Origin: Octopus bimaculoides
Taxonomy: Eukaryota
Length of the DNA stretch: 38,854 nucleotides
NCBI RefSeq assembly: GCF_001194135.2
Contig: NC_069003.1
Span: 35,101,375-35,140,228 of the forward strand
Direction of reading: 5' to 3'
Under the pieces are notes generated by a model. It ran no database searches. It saw only the letters and a list, made by a program, of their open reading frames with translations, and was not told the DNA's origin. Within the stretch, counting starts at the first letter, position 1; each line of letters starts with the position of its first letter. The position numbers and the translations under genes were made by a program. This document shows positions 10,602 to 22,480 of the stretch, piece after piece.

Positions 10602-10884
10602 TATATGCTATTCACAAAATACATATCCAATGTAATAATCATTCTAAAGTCTTACTTAAAAATCACTTCTCTCCGTCTGTCTGTCTGTCTGTCTCTCTCC
10701 CCCTCTCCCTCTCTCTCTCAAAGTTAAGGCAGAGCTGATCATATGCACTGACAATAGGAATGCCACTTTCCCCATTCAGGTAGATGAGAAATAATTGACA
10801 AGGATTAAACAATCTGAAGGTATGTGATGGTGGCAGAGTTGGGGGGGGGGTAGATCAAGAGGAAGGAGAAGCTAGGGGTGCAGG

Positions 10885-10923
<39 letters not shown>

Positions 10924-11569
10924 AAGCTTTGTGAGAACTGGGTTGACAACTGAGTGAATGGGATCATCCATTACAGTAGTAAATGCCTGGTTTTGTCAAC
11001 AGACCAAGGCCTGAGGAGTGGTGACGGGGGAGGGGGAGGAAAAGAGAGAGAGAGGGAGAGAGGGGGGTAAGAATGTGTGTTATGTGAGCAGAGGTATATA
11101 TGTTTGTGTGTGTGTGTGAAAAGTTTTATTTAATTTCCCTTCATAAATCCATATTATATTAACTCTGGCAAGGGTATAAAACAATGCATACACAGACAGC
11201 CAATATACATACTTACCAAAGTACATACCCAAGACTCTCTCACACTCTTTCCTCCTCTCTGCCGCTCTATAAATATAGATACATACACGTGTGTGTGTTT
11301 GTGTGTGTGTGTGTGTGTGTGTTTGTGCAAGCGAACATGCAAATTCAGAGACACATACATTCATACGCCTTCTCTCTCATACACACACATTCACAGACAG
11401 CAAGGTTTCAACATGTATGTATATTAGTAGAAGGTAGTTAATATTATTTTAGAATATAAACTTATTTTCTGACAGTGGTGTTCCAGTATAATCAGATGCC
11501 AAAAAGCACTTTTGTGTTAGCAGTGCAATATTCTCATTTTTAAGTTTATCTTTATAGATTTTTTTATAG

Positions 11570-11631
11570 GATTCAGAGCAAGCACTGAAAGTTACGACTC
11601 TGATGAAAGGACAATAACACTTGAAATATGA
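11570..11631 (+). CDS. Candidate terminal coding exon (unconfirmed)
   Basis: Acceptor ttttttatag at 11569 precedes a phase-1 frame (x)FRASTESYDSDERTITLEI* ending in TGA at 11629-11631. No nearby AATAAA and no homology recognised. Confidence 0.2.
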
Positions 11632-11914
11632 ATATACACCCATTGCCTATTTTTTTCTATCTTTGATTGCATTGTTTACATATTTGTATACAAAATGCCT
11701 AAACTTGCAGTGCTGGCTTTGAATTCTATACAAAAATCTATCAAGATAAACTTAAAGAGTGTGTGTGTGTGTGTGTGTGTGTGCACGTGCATGTGTGCTG
11801 AAGAATGACCTCAGGACACTGAACCTTTCAGGCAAGGTGACAAGGGACCAAGATGCCTGGCACCTTGCCATACTCAAGAAGACCCATACCCCACAGCAGA
11901 AGCATTAAGGCAAG

Positions 11915-12098
11915 TCCCTATGCTGGTGAAAAGCACTTGTGGCCATGCCACATAAAAGCACACTATGTAAAATGATTGGCATTAGGAAGGGCACCCAGCC
12001 AAATCAGACTGGGATCTGGTGCAATGCCCCAGCTTACCAGCCCTGGTCACACCGTCTAACCCATGCCAGCATAGATAACAGACATTAAATGAGGATGA
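11915..12098 (+). mobile_element. Family D copy
   Basis: CACATAAAAGCAC...TTGGCATTAGGAAGGGCACCCAGC...CCCATGCCAGCAT...CATTAAATGAGGATGAT. Confidence 0.85.
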
Positions 12099-12099
12099 T

Positions 12100-12150
<51 letters not shown>

Positions 12151-13104
12151 TACATTTTTATTGCCAATACATTAAGTGAAAATTTAGGTAATGGGGGAAC
12201 GCATCAGATGAACACACACACACACATATATATAATTGTTGATAGTATTATTATTATTATTATAAAGGGCCTGGCAAATTCTGTATTAATCTCTCACTGC
12301 CAACACATCCACTAATCTCAATGTATTAGCAGATTACTCAATAACAACAGTAATACTTCAAAATACTCGTCATAGTTACCATTAAACCACCCACTTTTGG
12401 TCAGGTTCTTCAACTCTCCACACACACACACACTCTTTATTCTATTACTGCTACTACTCCTCTCTCACACCATCACAATTATTGCTACCCTTTATGATGA
12501 TGATGATGAACTGAACTAAGCCAGCCTAATGTAGTAATACGTCTACATAATCTTAGGCAATAACTACACTCATCCCTAGATTATACATACTTTGGGAGAA
12601 GGGGTGCACATATATACATATTTACATGCCTATATACATACATACACACACACATATATATATTTACAAACACATACACATACATACAGATCTGTATACG
12701 TACAGATTTACATATATATATATACACACGCACACAAATACACACATTTATGATGCATATATGCATAAAAATATGCATATGTAAAATAATGCATCTGTAA
12801 CAAGAAAATAAAAACAGAAGCCACACACACACACACACACACAAATAATAAAATGCATGTAAATAACAAGAAAAAAAAGAGAAAACATAACTAAACAAGC
12901 AAAAATAGAAATGTAGGGAGCTGGGTGATGGTGGTGGTGAAGAAGAGGGCAGATTAGAAACCCCGAACCCCATTTCTCAGGACAATAGAAATGATCAAAA
13001 ATAAATCTGCTAATCCTAAATATGAGACATTAAAACTACTGATCCCATATAATGCCTGCAGTAAACTTCACAATTCTTACTATTCTTGTTGTTATCATTA
13101 ACGC

Positions 13105-13137
<33 letters not shown>

Positions 13138-13436
13138 CATTATTGTTTTCATCACTGTAGTTGCCTGCAATAGATATGTCTCTTACAAATCTCCTGAGTT
13201 TTAGAAAATATATTGGATTACTCTTCAACTGAGGGTTTTTTTTTTTTCCCTTTATTTCAAAGTTGTTTTTATTGTGGACTTGTTACAAAGAGTTGCCAAA
13301 CCCATTTTTCTCATTCTCTCATGTTTTTGTTACTTTTTTTCTTTTTTTGGGGTGGTGAGGGTTGCTTTATTCATATTTTTCTCCATTTGGTGGCGAAAAA
13401 TATTTAGAATTTAAAAATTTTTCTTGTCAGACAAAA

Positions 13437-13590
13437 AGGTGTGGTTGGGGCTAAGAAGTTTGCTTCCCAACCACATGGTTCCGGGTTCAGTCTCATTATG
13501 TGGCACCTTTGACAAATGTCTTCCACTATAGCCTCAGGCCAACCAAAGCTTTGTGAGTGGATTTGGTAGATGGAAACTGAAAGAAACCTA
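13437..13590 (+). mobile_element. tRNA-derived SINE family B (CORE-like)
   Basis: TGCTTCCCAACCACATGGTTCCGGGTTCAGTC (B-box-like), then GGCACCTTTGACAAATGTCTT (resembles the CORE motif CCTTGGGCAAGT), then TTGTGAGTGGATTTGGTAGATGGAAACTGAAAGAA. Octopus tRNA-derived SINEs (OK/OR1/OR2) are established, but I cannot assign the exact family. Confidence 0.9.
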
Positions 13591-14044
13591 TGTGCCTATA
13601 ATAGAAGGGATTATTATTATTATTAAGACACGAAATATAAGTAACAATACATAACATTATCTCTGTTATCAGCAGCTACTTCACCACCTCCCGACACACC
13701 TACACATTACCTGTTTTATGTAGCATGACATTGTTGAAATCAAACACACTGACCTCCAAAGGTAAGACCCACTACTCAGAAACAAATATGAATTTTATTT
13801 CTGGTGTCAAATGAATTCATGAATTGGTGGCACATTCCCATCAAAACCTCAACTAAACGCAGACACAATAGCTGTAATGTAGTCGTCTGATCCAGGAAAC
13901 AAAACCTATGTACTGTGACGGAGGTCAGTTGCTCTGTAGAGGTGCGAATATTTCATTGAAAACCAGTGGGAAAGAAACCATTTGAAATCAGTGACTTTGA
14001 CGTTTGACAACTTCTCTTCCCAGATTATAAAAGTTATATTTGTA

Positions 14045-14197
14045 CAGGCACAGGTGTGGTAAGTAGCTTGCTAACCAACCATATGGTTCCTGGTTCAGTC
14101 CCACTGTGTGAAACTTGAGCAACTGTCTTCTACAAGAACCCAAGCATGACCAAAGTTTTGTGAGTGGATTTGGTAGACCGAAACTGAAAGAAGCTCA

Positions 14198-14200
<3 letters not shown>
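14045..14200 (+). mobile_element. SINE family B with (TG)n tail
   Basis: Colinear with 13437-13590; ends GAAACTGAAAGAAGCTCATCG followed by (TG)n. Confidence 0.9.
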
Positions 14201-14273
<73 letters not shown>

Positions 14274-14794
14274 TTTTACAAAATTCCAAAAATGCCTCTA
14301 ATAATGGACCAATTAAAACTCGCCAATACTTCCTTTTTCCTTCTTTTTCTCCTCAGCCACAAACTGTTAAATTGTTCTACTTTAACGAGGATTGTTAACT
14401 GGATTAATTAATACAATTAGTTACCGAAAGATTGTTGCTTCTTTTGTGAGGTTAAATACACTTTTTTTGTCAACTTGACCCAAAGTCTTAATTTTATAAT
14501 TTGCACACAAAGGCATTAATCTGATAATATATACCAGTGTGACAGCTATGTTGGAATATAATGCTTTGGTGGCAGGGGTGGTGGGTAACCTAAGGACTCC
14601 ATCTGCATGGAAAGCAAATAGCTAAGTTAGTGCTAACATAATGAAGCTAGTAAAAAAAAAAGAAAAACAATAATTAATTGAAACCACAGGTCCCAGGGCA
14701 ATTGGCCATTGTGCCCCAGCTTCAAGATAGCGCTGGTTGTCATTACTCCAAAATTCCAGTGGTTTTTACAAATTTCACCATACCCTAGCAATTT

Positions 14795-14868
14795 CCCTTG
14801 TGTACCCCTAGTGGTACATGTACCCTAGCTAAGAGTACAAGTTCATTCAGGACAAGGGTTTTCAAACT
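14795..14868. mobile_element. Probable degenerate hAT-type terminal fragments
   Basis: TGTACCCCTAGTGGTACATGTACCCTAG and CAAGGGTTTTCAAACT (14853-14868) resemble hAT/Charlie subterminal and TIR sequences as I recall them. No paired end found. Confidence 0.35.
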
Positions 14869-17800
14869 CCTTTGGTGAAAAATTAGGGTGTGATTAGAGG
14901 GAGATTTGGTAGCAATTTCTAGCAAGTTGAACGACTGTATACGACAATGGTGGTAGAGAAAAACTGAGTGAAATAATGTGAAACTTACAATGAAAGAATT
15001 CACAATGTTCTCTTCTGGATTAGCAAAAGTCAGCAAAAGACAAACAATAAAACAACAAAAGAACAACAAAATAAATAAGAAGATTAGATATTCCAAATTT
15101 GTAATAAAAATAAACATAATCTGAATAGAGGAAGAAGAATATTAATCTGTAACACAACAGAGAATATTTAGTAAGTTAAGAACCATTTACAGATCAAAGG
15201 AAATGAGTTATTAATCCGATATCAAGTATGAGGTGTAATCTGGGTAGATTGTGGAGGGGAGTGTATATGTACATGTGTGTGTGTGTGTGTGTGTGCGCGT
15301 GTGTGTATGCTAATATCAAGCAATGAGAACGAGTGGTCACTACCACATTGGTGGATAAAGATTCTTTATTTGTGGGTTAACAAGGCTACCAATGGTTTCA
15401 TGCGGAAGAAATCTGACCATTGTAAGCAAGGAAGATTGAACATTAGAAACATGATACGTGTGTGTATGCATGCCTGTATACAATCTAGAGATGTAGGGAG
15501 AAGAGAAGATGCCTACAACTTATTTTTTTTTAGCCACCAGCATCCCTCCCTGCTAGGCCAAGATTGTATATGAGTCAAGCTAAGTTGTGTTAATTAATAT
15601 TGATGGAATTAGATGTTCATTTTGAAATATCAAAAGGTTAGTAAGNNNNNNNNNNNNNNNNNNNNNNNNNNNNNNNNNNNNNNNNNNNNNNNNNNNNNNN
15701 NNNNNNNNNNNNNNNNNNNNNNNNNNNNNNNNNNNNNNNNNNNNNNNNNNNNNNNNNNNNNNNNNNNNNNNNNNNNNNNNNNNNNNNNNNNNNNNNNNNN
15801 NNNNNNNNNNNNNNNNNNNNNNNNNNNNNNNNNNNNNNNNNNNNNNNNNNNNNNNNNNNNNNNNNNNNNNNNNNNNNNNNNNNNNNNNNNNNNNNNNNNN
15901 NNNNNNNNNNNNNNNNNNNNNNNNNNNNNNNNNNNNNNNNNNNNNNNNNNNNNNNNNNNNNNNNNNNNNNNNNNNNNNNNNNNNNNNNNNNNNNNNNNNN
16001 NNNNNNNNNNNNNNNNNNNNNNNNNNNNNNNNNNNGGGGGGGGACTATAGAACTCAATACGTTTGGCAACGCATACCTTGTTATTTTAAATGCTTTCGAA
16101 TGCTAAAAAGCCCTGGCGTTGTTAATTGGAGAAGGCGCCTAAGATCCGAATACAACAGGTTAAACACGAAACTTACAACATCAGAGTAACTCCTACAGCC
16201 CGAGAGAGAGCATGTGTTTATTACTCTTCTGATCCATCATGCATTAGTCACACAAGCAAACCCCACTCCCTTCTCTCTCTCTCTCTCTCTCTCTCTCTGG
16301 TACATTTGCAAACGTTGTCCAGACGTTAGGATTTCTCAGAAATGAAAACAAATTTTATAAAAACCATTTTATATTTTGACCAACGATAAAACTAAACCTC
16401 GTTATTTGCAAAATATTTATTGATTATATTTGCCAACAACCATATATACATAAATCAACACACACACACGTGTATGTATATTTATACACACATACATACA
16501 AATATATAGATATACGTGCACATATTATGCATACATATGTACACGTTATATACACATAAACATATGTACATATATATACATATAAACATATGTACATATA
16601 TATACATACATACATATATACACGTGTAATATACACAAACATACACGCACATTTATATAAACACACATATACATATATCATAAATAATAAAAGCGGCTTA
16701 TTCGCAATTTACAAACGAAAGGCAGAACTACAGACGTCACTAAAATGAGAGAGGGTACAGGTTAGCACTAGCACTGCTAGAAATAACAGTCAAAACAACT
16801 CTTAGCCACGATAAAGCACTTATTTCAAGACTGACATGGGAAGCAAGGTCCCTCAGTCTTAAGTACACATGTATTATATATACAAGCACATATATACATA
16901 CATGTGTGTGTGCACATTTTATATATATATATATATACATAAATTCACACACACACGTATGCATAAATGTGTATATGTATGTATGAAGAGCTGTGAAGAG
17001 TCTTATGTTTTGTCATCACTCAGAATTGAGGAGAATAATTAAATGGTACAATGGGGAGGGAGAGAGAGAGAGAGAGGCTGAATGAGTCAGACACAAAGGG
17101 AGGGAGAGTCTGAATACGAGTGGATGTGTGTGTGTGTATGTATATATATATATATATGTGTGTGTGTGTATATATATATATAAGAAAGAGCAATATTATG
17201 TGCATTGTGACGTGCAGTTAAGTGCAATTCAATTCATGCATCAACCACNNNNNNNNNNNNNNNNNNNNNNNNNNNNNNNNNNNNNNNNNNNNNNNNNNNN
17301 NNNNNNNNNNNNNNNNNNNNNNNNNNNNNNNNNNNNNNNNNNNNNNNNNNNNNNNNNNNNNNNNNNNNNNNNNNNNNNNNNNNNNNNNNNNNNNNNNNNN
17401 NNNNNNNNNNNNNNNNNNNNNNNNNNNNNNNNNNNNNNNNNNNNNNNNNNNNNNNNNNNNNNNNNNNNNNNNNNNNNNNNNNNNNNNNNNNNNNNNNNNN
17501 NNNNNNNNNNNNNNNNNNNNNNNNNNNNNNNNNNNNNNNNNNNNNNNNNNNNNNNNNNNNNNNNNNNNNNNNNNNNNNNNNNNNNNNNNNNNNNNNNNNN
17601 NNNNNNNNNNNNNNNNNNNNNNNNNNNNNNNNNNNNNNNNNNNNNNNNNNNNNNNNNNNNNNNNNNNNNNNNNNNNNNNNNNNNNNNNNNNNNNNNNNNN
17701 NNNNNNNNNNNNNNNNNNNNNNNNNNNNNNNNNNNNNNNNNNNNNNNNNNNNNNNNNNNNNNNNNNNNNNNNNNNNNNNNNNNNNNNNNNNNNNNNNNNN

Positions 17801-18205
17801 NNNNNNNNNNNNNNNNNNNNNNNNNNNNNNNNNNNNNNNNNNNNNNNNNNNNNNNNNNNNNNNNNNNNNNNNNNNNNNNNNNNNNNNNNNNNNNNNNNNN
17901 NNNNNNNNNNNNNNNNNNNNNNNNNNNNNNNNNNNNNNNNNNNNNNNNNNNNNNNNNNNNNNNNNNNNNNNNNNNNNNNNNNNNNNNNNNNNNNNNNNNN
18001 NNNNNNNNNNNNNNNNNNNNNNNNNNNNNNNNNNNNNNNNNNNNNNNNNNNNNNNNNNNNNNNNNNNNNNNNNNNNNNNNNNNNNNNNNNNNNNNNNNNN
18101 NNNNNNNNNNNNNNNNNNNNNNNNNNNNNNNNNNNNNNNNNNNNNNNNNNNNNNNNNNNNNNNNNNNNNNNNNNNNNNNNNNNNNNNNNNNNNNNNNNNN
18201 NNNNA

Positions 18206-18243
<38 letters not shown>

Positions 18244-18628
18244 CATGTATATATATATATATAACCATGAGCAGTGAGACGTTGCCGCCATCACAATCAT
18301 CGTTATAGAACCCTTCCACTGTCAGATCTACTACGACTACGACTACTGCCGCCGCCGCCGCACAGTAACACATGATGATAACAATGTAAAAGATGAAAAG
18401 AAAAGCAGGAACTGGATTTACAAACAGCTCAGCATGGCGAACACACACACACAAACATGCATGCATATATATGAGTGTGCGTGTGTGCGTGTGTGCGTAT
18501 GCGTGTATTACATATATATATATATATATAACATTTAATGTGTGCGTACAGTACACGCCCACAATTTGTATGTGTGGGAATATTGTGATGAATTGAAAAC
18601 AATACAAGCAAAATGAAAATAGGCATTT

Positions 18629-18665
<37 letters not shown>

Positions 18666-18818
18666 NNNNNNNNNNGTGCATTGTGACGTGCAGTTAAGTG
18701 CAATTCAATTCATGCATCAACCACAATAACTAATCGAGAAGCTTCCTTCACCTTCCTCCCGCGAGCTACAAGTTGACAACAGAGCCACAGCGAGCCAATA
18801 AACACACATTTTATATAT

Positions 18819-18860
<42 letters not shown>

Positions 18861-19080
18861 TCAGACAAAGAAAGAGAATCATCGGTATAGAATCGTGTTC
18901 TACCATCGATGCTCTTGTTGCTCCTACTACTAATATTACTACTGCTGCTGCAGCTGCAATTAGTGAAGCTGGTTAGCCCCAGGTTTGCCTTGATCGAACG
19001 GCCCTATGATCAATAGCATCTCAACCATGCCCATCCCGTCTCTGCACGATTTCTAGGCCTATATTATTTGTGTGCGGTCC

Positions 19081-19114
<34 letters not shown>

Positions 19115-20029
19115 NNNNNNNNNNNNNNNNNNNNNNNNNNNNNNNNNNNNNNNNNNNNNNNNNNNNNNNNNNNNNNNNNNNNNNNNNNNNNNNNNNNNNN
19201 NNNNNNNNNNNNNNNNNNNNNNNNNNNNNNNNNNNNNNNNNNNNNNNNNNNNNNNNNNNNNNNNNNNNNNNNNNNNNNNNNNNNNNNNNNNNNNNNNNNN
19301 NNNNNNNNNNNNNNNNNNNNNNNNNNNNNNNNNNNNNNNNNNNNNNNNNNNNNNNNNNNNNNNNNNNNNNNNNNNNNNNNNNNNNNNNNNNNNNNNNNNN
19401 NNNNNNNNNNNNNNNNNNNNNNNNNNNNNNNNNNNNNNNNNNNNNNNNNNNNNNNNNNNNNNNNNNNNNNNNNNNNNNNNNNNNNNNNNNNNNNNNNNNN
19501 NNNNNNNNNNNNNNNNNNNNNNNNNNNNNNNNNNNNNNNNNNNNNNNNNNNNNNNNNNNNNNNNNNNNNNNNNNNNNNNNNNNNNNNNNNNNNNNNNNNN
19601 NNNNNNNNNNNNNNNNNNNNNNNNNNNNNNNNNNNNNNNNNNNNNNNNNNNNNNNNNNNNNNNNNNNNNNNNNNNNNNNNNNNNNNNNNNNNNNNNNNNN
19701 NNNNNNNNNNNNNNNNNNNNNNNNNNNNNNNNNNNNNNNNNNNNNNNNNNNNNNNNNNNNNNNNNNNNNNNNNNNNNNNNNNNNNNNNNNNNNNNNNNNN
19801 NNNNNNNNNNNNNNNNNNNNNNNNNNNNNNNNNNNNNNNNNNNNNNNNNNNNNNNNNNNNNNNNNNNNNNNNNNNNNNNNNNNNNNNNNNNNNNNNNNNN
19901 NNNNNNNNNNNNNNNNNNNNNNNNNNNNNNNNNNNNNNNNNNNNNNNNNNNNNNNNNNNNNNNNNNNNNNNNNNNNNNNNNNNNNNNNNNNNNNNNNNNN
20001 NNNNNNNNNNNNNNNNNNNNNNNNNNNNN

Positions 20030-20131
20030 AAAATTTAAATTAAAAAGACAACACGCACCGAGTTCTAAACGGCACTACACAGCATCTCATTATTTTCGGT
20101 TGATTCTGGAGCGGGGTTGGTCACCAAAATG
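20030..20131 (+). other. Candidate first exon ending in the start codon (unconfirmed)
   Basis: ACCAAAATG|GTAAGT: an invertebrate Kozak-like CAAAATG (ATG 20129-20131) directly followed by a consensus donor, in CpG-containing sequence next to a 915-nt gap. Confidence 0.3.
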
Positions 20132-20400
20132 GTAAGTAGGCCTCGATAAGGTTTTAACGACGAGGGTAAAGAATTCTAAGTTCTTCCCCCCCACTTAATT
20201 ACTCAAAATATGAATTGTGGATTAATGATTGATGGAACACATGACTAATCACCACATGATTGATAATTATTTTATCAAGCCTGCAATCAACAACAGAACT
20301 TTCGTGCGGTAGCTTGGCCTGCTAAAAATAGCAGTCAAATTTCCTTTAAACCACATATTACTGTCTTCAAAAAGGAGGATACATTAAGCATTATCTCAAG

Positions 20401-20681
20401 GTATGAGTATACTGGTTAGTTAACTGGGAACGCCCCAAGGGTCAAATGCTGGCTAGGCACCAGCGCATTGCTTTGCCCGAGAGCCTCTTAACCTAGACAT
20501 GTGTGCCCCCAGTTGACTTTCTTTCTTCATAACTTTCACAAAAATGGATCTTTTTTAATGAAATTTTCTACAAATACCTTTCAGCTGGTGTAGATTACGA
20601 TTACATCGGAATTTAAAGTAAAAACAAAGAAATGGGAGGAGATGGGGGTATACTCATACAAACAGACACACGTTGTTTGTT
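20401..20681 (+). mobile_element. Helentron/HINE (DINE-1-like) non-autonomous element candidate
   Basis: Perfect 12-bp inverted repeat GTATGAGTATAC (20401-20412) / GTATACTCATAC (20648-20659), followed by a stem-loop ACAAACA..TGTTTGT (20658-20680). Confidence 0.55.
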
Positions 20682-21374
20682 ACGATGGTTCTGTATTATC
20701 TAACGCAAATTCACCATGGGTCGTGTTTGGTTACTGCTCTAAACTATTGGTATACTCGATCGGGGCTGCCCCTAGGGCTAAACGACCGCTGAAGAAGGGG
20801 AAACAAAGTGGTGTATGTATGATGTGAAGGGCGGGGATTGTATCGAAACTGCTTCCTGCGGCCTCATCCCCTTCGCCTGCCCTAGTAACTATTATTGCTT
20901 AGTAACAGTGTGTTGGGGGNNNNNNNNNNNNNNNNNNNNNNNNNNNNNNNNNNNNNNNNNNNNNNNNNNNNNNNNNNNNNNNNNNNNNNNNNNNNNNNNN
21001 NNNNNNNNNNNNNNNNNNNNNNNNNNNNNNNNNNNNNNNNNNNNNNNNNNNNNNNNNNNNNNNNNNNNNNNNNNNNNNNNNNNNNNNNNNNNNNNNNNNN
21101 NNNNNNNNNNNNNNNNNNNNNNNNNNNNNNNNNNNNNNNNNNNNNNNNNNNNNNNNNNNNNNNNNNNNNNNNNNNNNNNNNNNNNNNNNNNNNNNNNNNN
21201 NNNNNNNNNNNNNNNNNNNNNNNNNNNNNNNNNNNNNNNNNNNNNNNNNNNNNNNNNNNNNNNNNNNNNNNNNNNNNNNNNNNNNNNNNNNNNNGACTTT
21301 TCGCTCCATGAAGCTAGCAACAACAACTACAACAATAATAATCTTATTTCTATTTTCTACCAAAGGCACAAAGC

Positions 21375-21425
<51 letters not shown>

Positions 21426-21689
21426 AAAGTAAAAATGACAGTGGTGTCTTCCACTTTCTCTCTCCCTCTCTCTCTCGCTGAATTATCAGCACCACCACCA
21501 CCTCCGCCATCACCAACCACTAACTCCACCATCACACGGCCGTCGCCTCCACCAAGAACCTTATTGGTGTTGAATCACTAGCCTGGATGGATTCTTTGTC
21601 TGGAGAAACGGTCACATGCATGTAATATCGGGAGGGAGAGAGTGAGAGAGGGGAAAACTAATATGTGGGTAGCGAGGAAGCGATTAACG

Positions 21690-21905
21690 TACAGCGAGGT
21701 GGATAGTATAGGTAGATATTATACGTATAGCTACATGGGTGACTAGGTAAATATTAACGTGATATATATTACGTATGGCGAGGTGGGTAGTTCGGTAGAT
21801 ATTACGTATGGCGAGGAGGGTAGATAGATAGATATTGCGTATAGTGAGAAAGATAACACGTCTACGTAGAGAGGTAGCGAGGTGGATATTAACGTATAGA
21901 TGGGT
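21690..21905. repeat. Degenerate CpG-rich minisatellite, unit about 25-35 bp
   Basis: Recurring (A)GATATT(A)ACGTAT(G)GCGAGGTGG(A/G)T; GCGAGG and TATTACGTAT/TATTAACGT each recur several times. Confidence 0.8.
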
Positions 21906-22189
21906 TACATATATATATATATATATATAGGGGTGAGATAGAGAATCCATAGTAACAAAAATATTAATAACTGTAGGGGTAGTGAAGAGCGGGTAGATTG
22001 ATTAAGAAGATGGGTTAGGTGTTATGGTGGTGAGGGAAGGAGGGAGGGGTACAGTGCACACGTTACTTGAAACACTGTTGTATGTTGTCATGTAGATTAG
22101 TTGGATGGATGACTGGTTGGGTGGTTGGTGAGTTTGGTTGGTTAGTAGTGATTTCAGGACATACACACAAATGCGTGCGCGAGCGGATG

Positions 22190-22480
22190 GAGAGATGAGA
22201 AAGTAGGGGGTAAGGTGCAAGGAGGAGAGATTGTGAAGGAGAAGGAAAGAGATAAGATGTAAATAGAGAGAAAGAGAGGCAATGTAGAAAGAGAGAAAGA
22301 GGCGATGTAAATAGACAGAAAAGGAGAGAGGCAAGACACAAAGAGAGAGAGGGAGAGAGAAAGACCAAATGTAAATAGAAAGGGAGAGACAAGATGGAGA
22401 GTGAGAGAGAGAGTCAAGATGTAAATAGAAAGAGAAGAAAGAGGGGAATGAAAAGGAAAGAAAGAGAAAAAGCATAAAGA
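22190..22480. repeat. Polypurine (GA-rich) degenerate repeat with four ATGTAAATAGA motifs
   Basis: ATGTAAATAGA at 22257, 22305, 22369 and 22419 within near-continuous A/G sequence. Confidence 0.85.

Noticed and set aside
10780-10819. 40-nt segment with good acceptor and donor
   Set aside because: All three frames contain stops, and nothing supports it as a UTR exon.
13724-13761. 38-nt exon-like segment (tag|..AAG|gtaaga; HDIVEIKHTDLQ)
   Set aside because: The acceptor is weak, the exon is not symmetric and no homology is recognised; it is within the expected pseudo-exon background.
18290-18365. Minus-strand GGGGSSRSRSRSDSGRVL*, resembling an SR-protein tail
   Set aside because: It is explained by adjacent (GCC)n and (CTACGA)n microsatellites, with no RRM or convincing acceptor.
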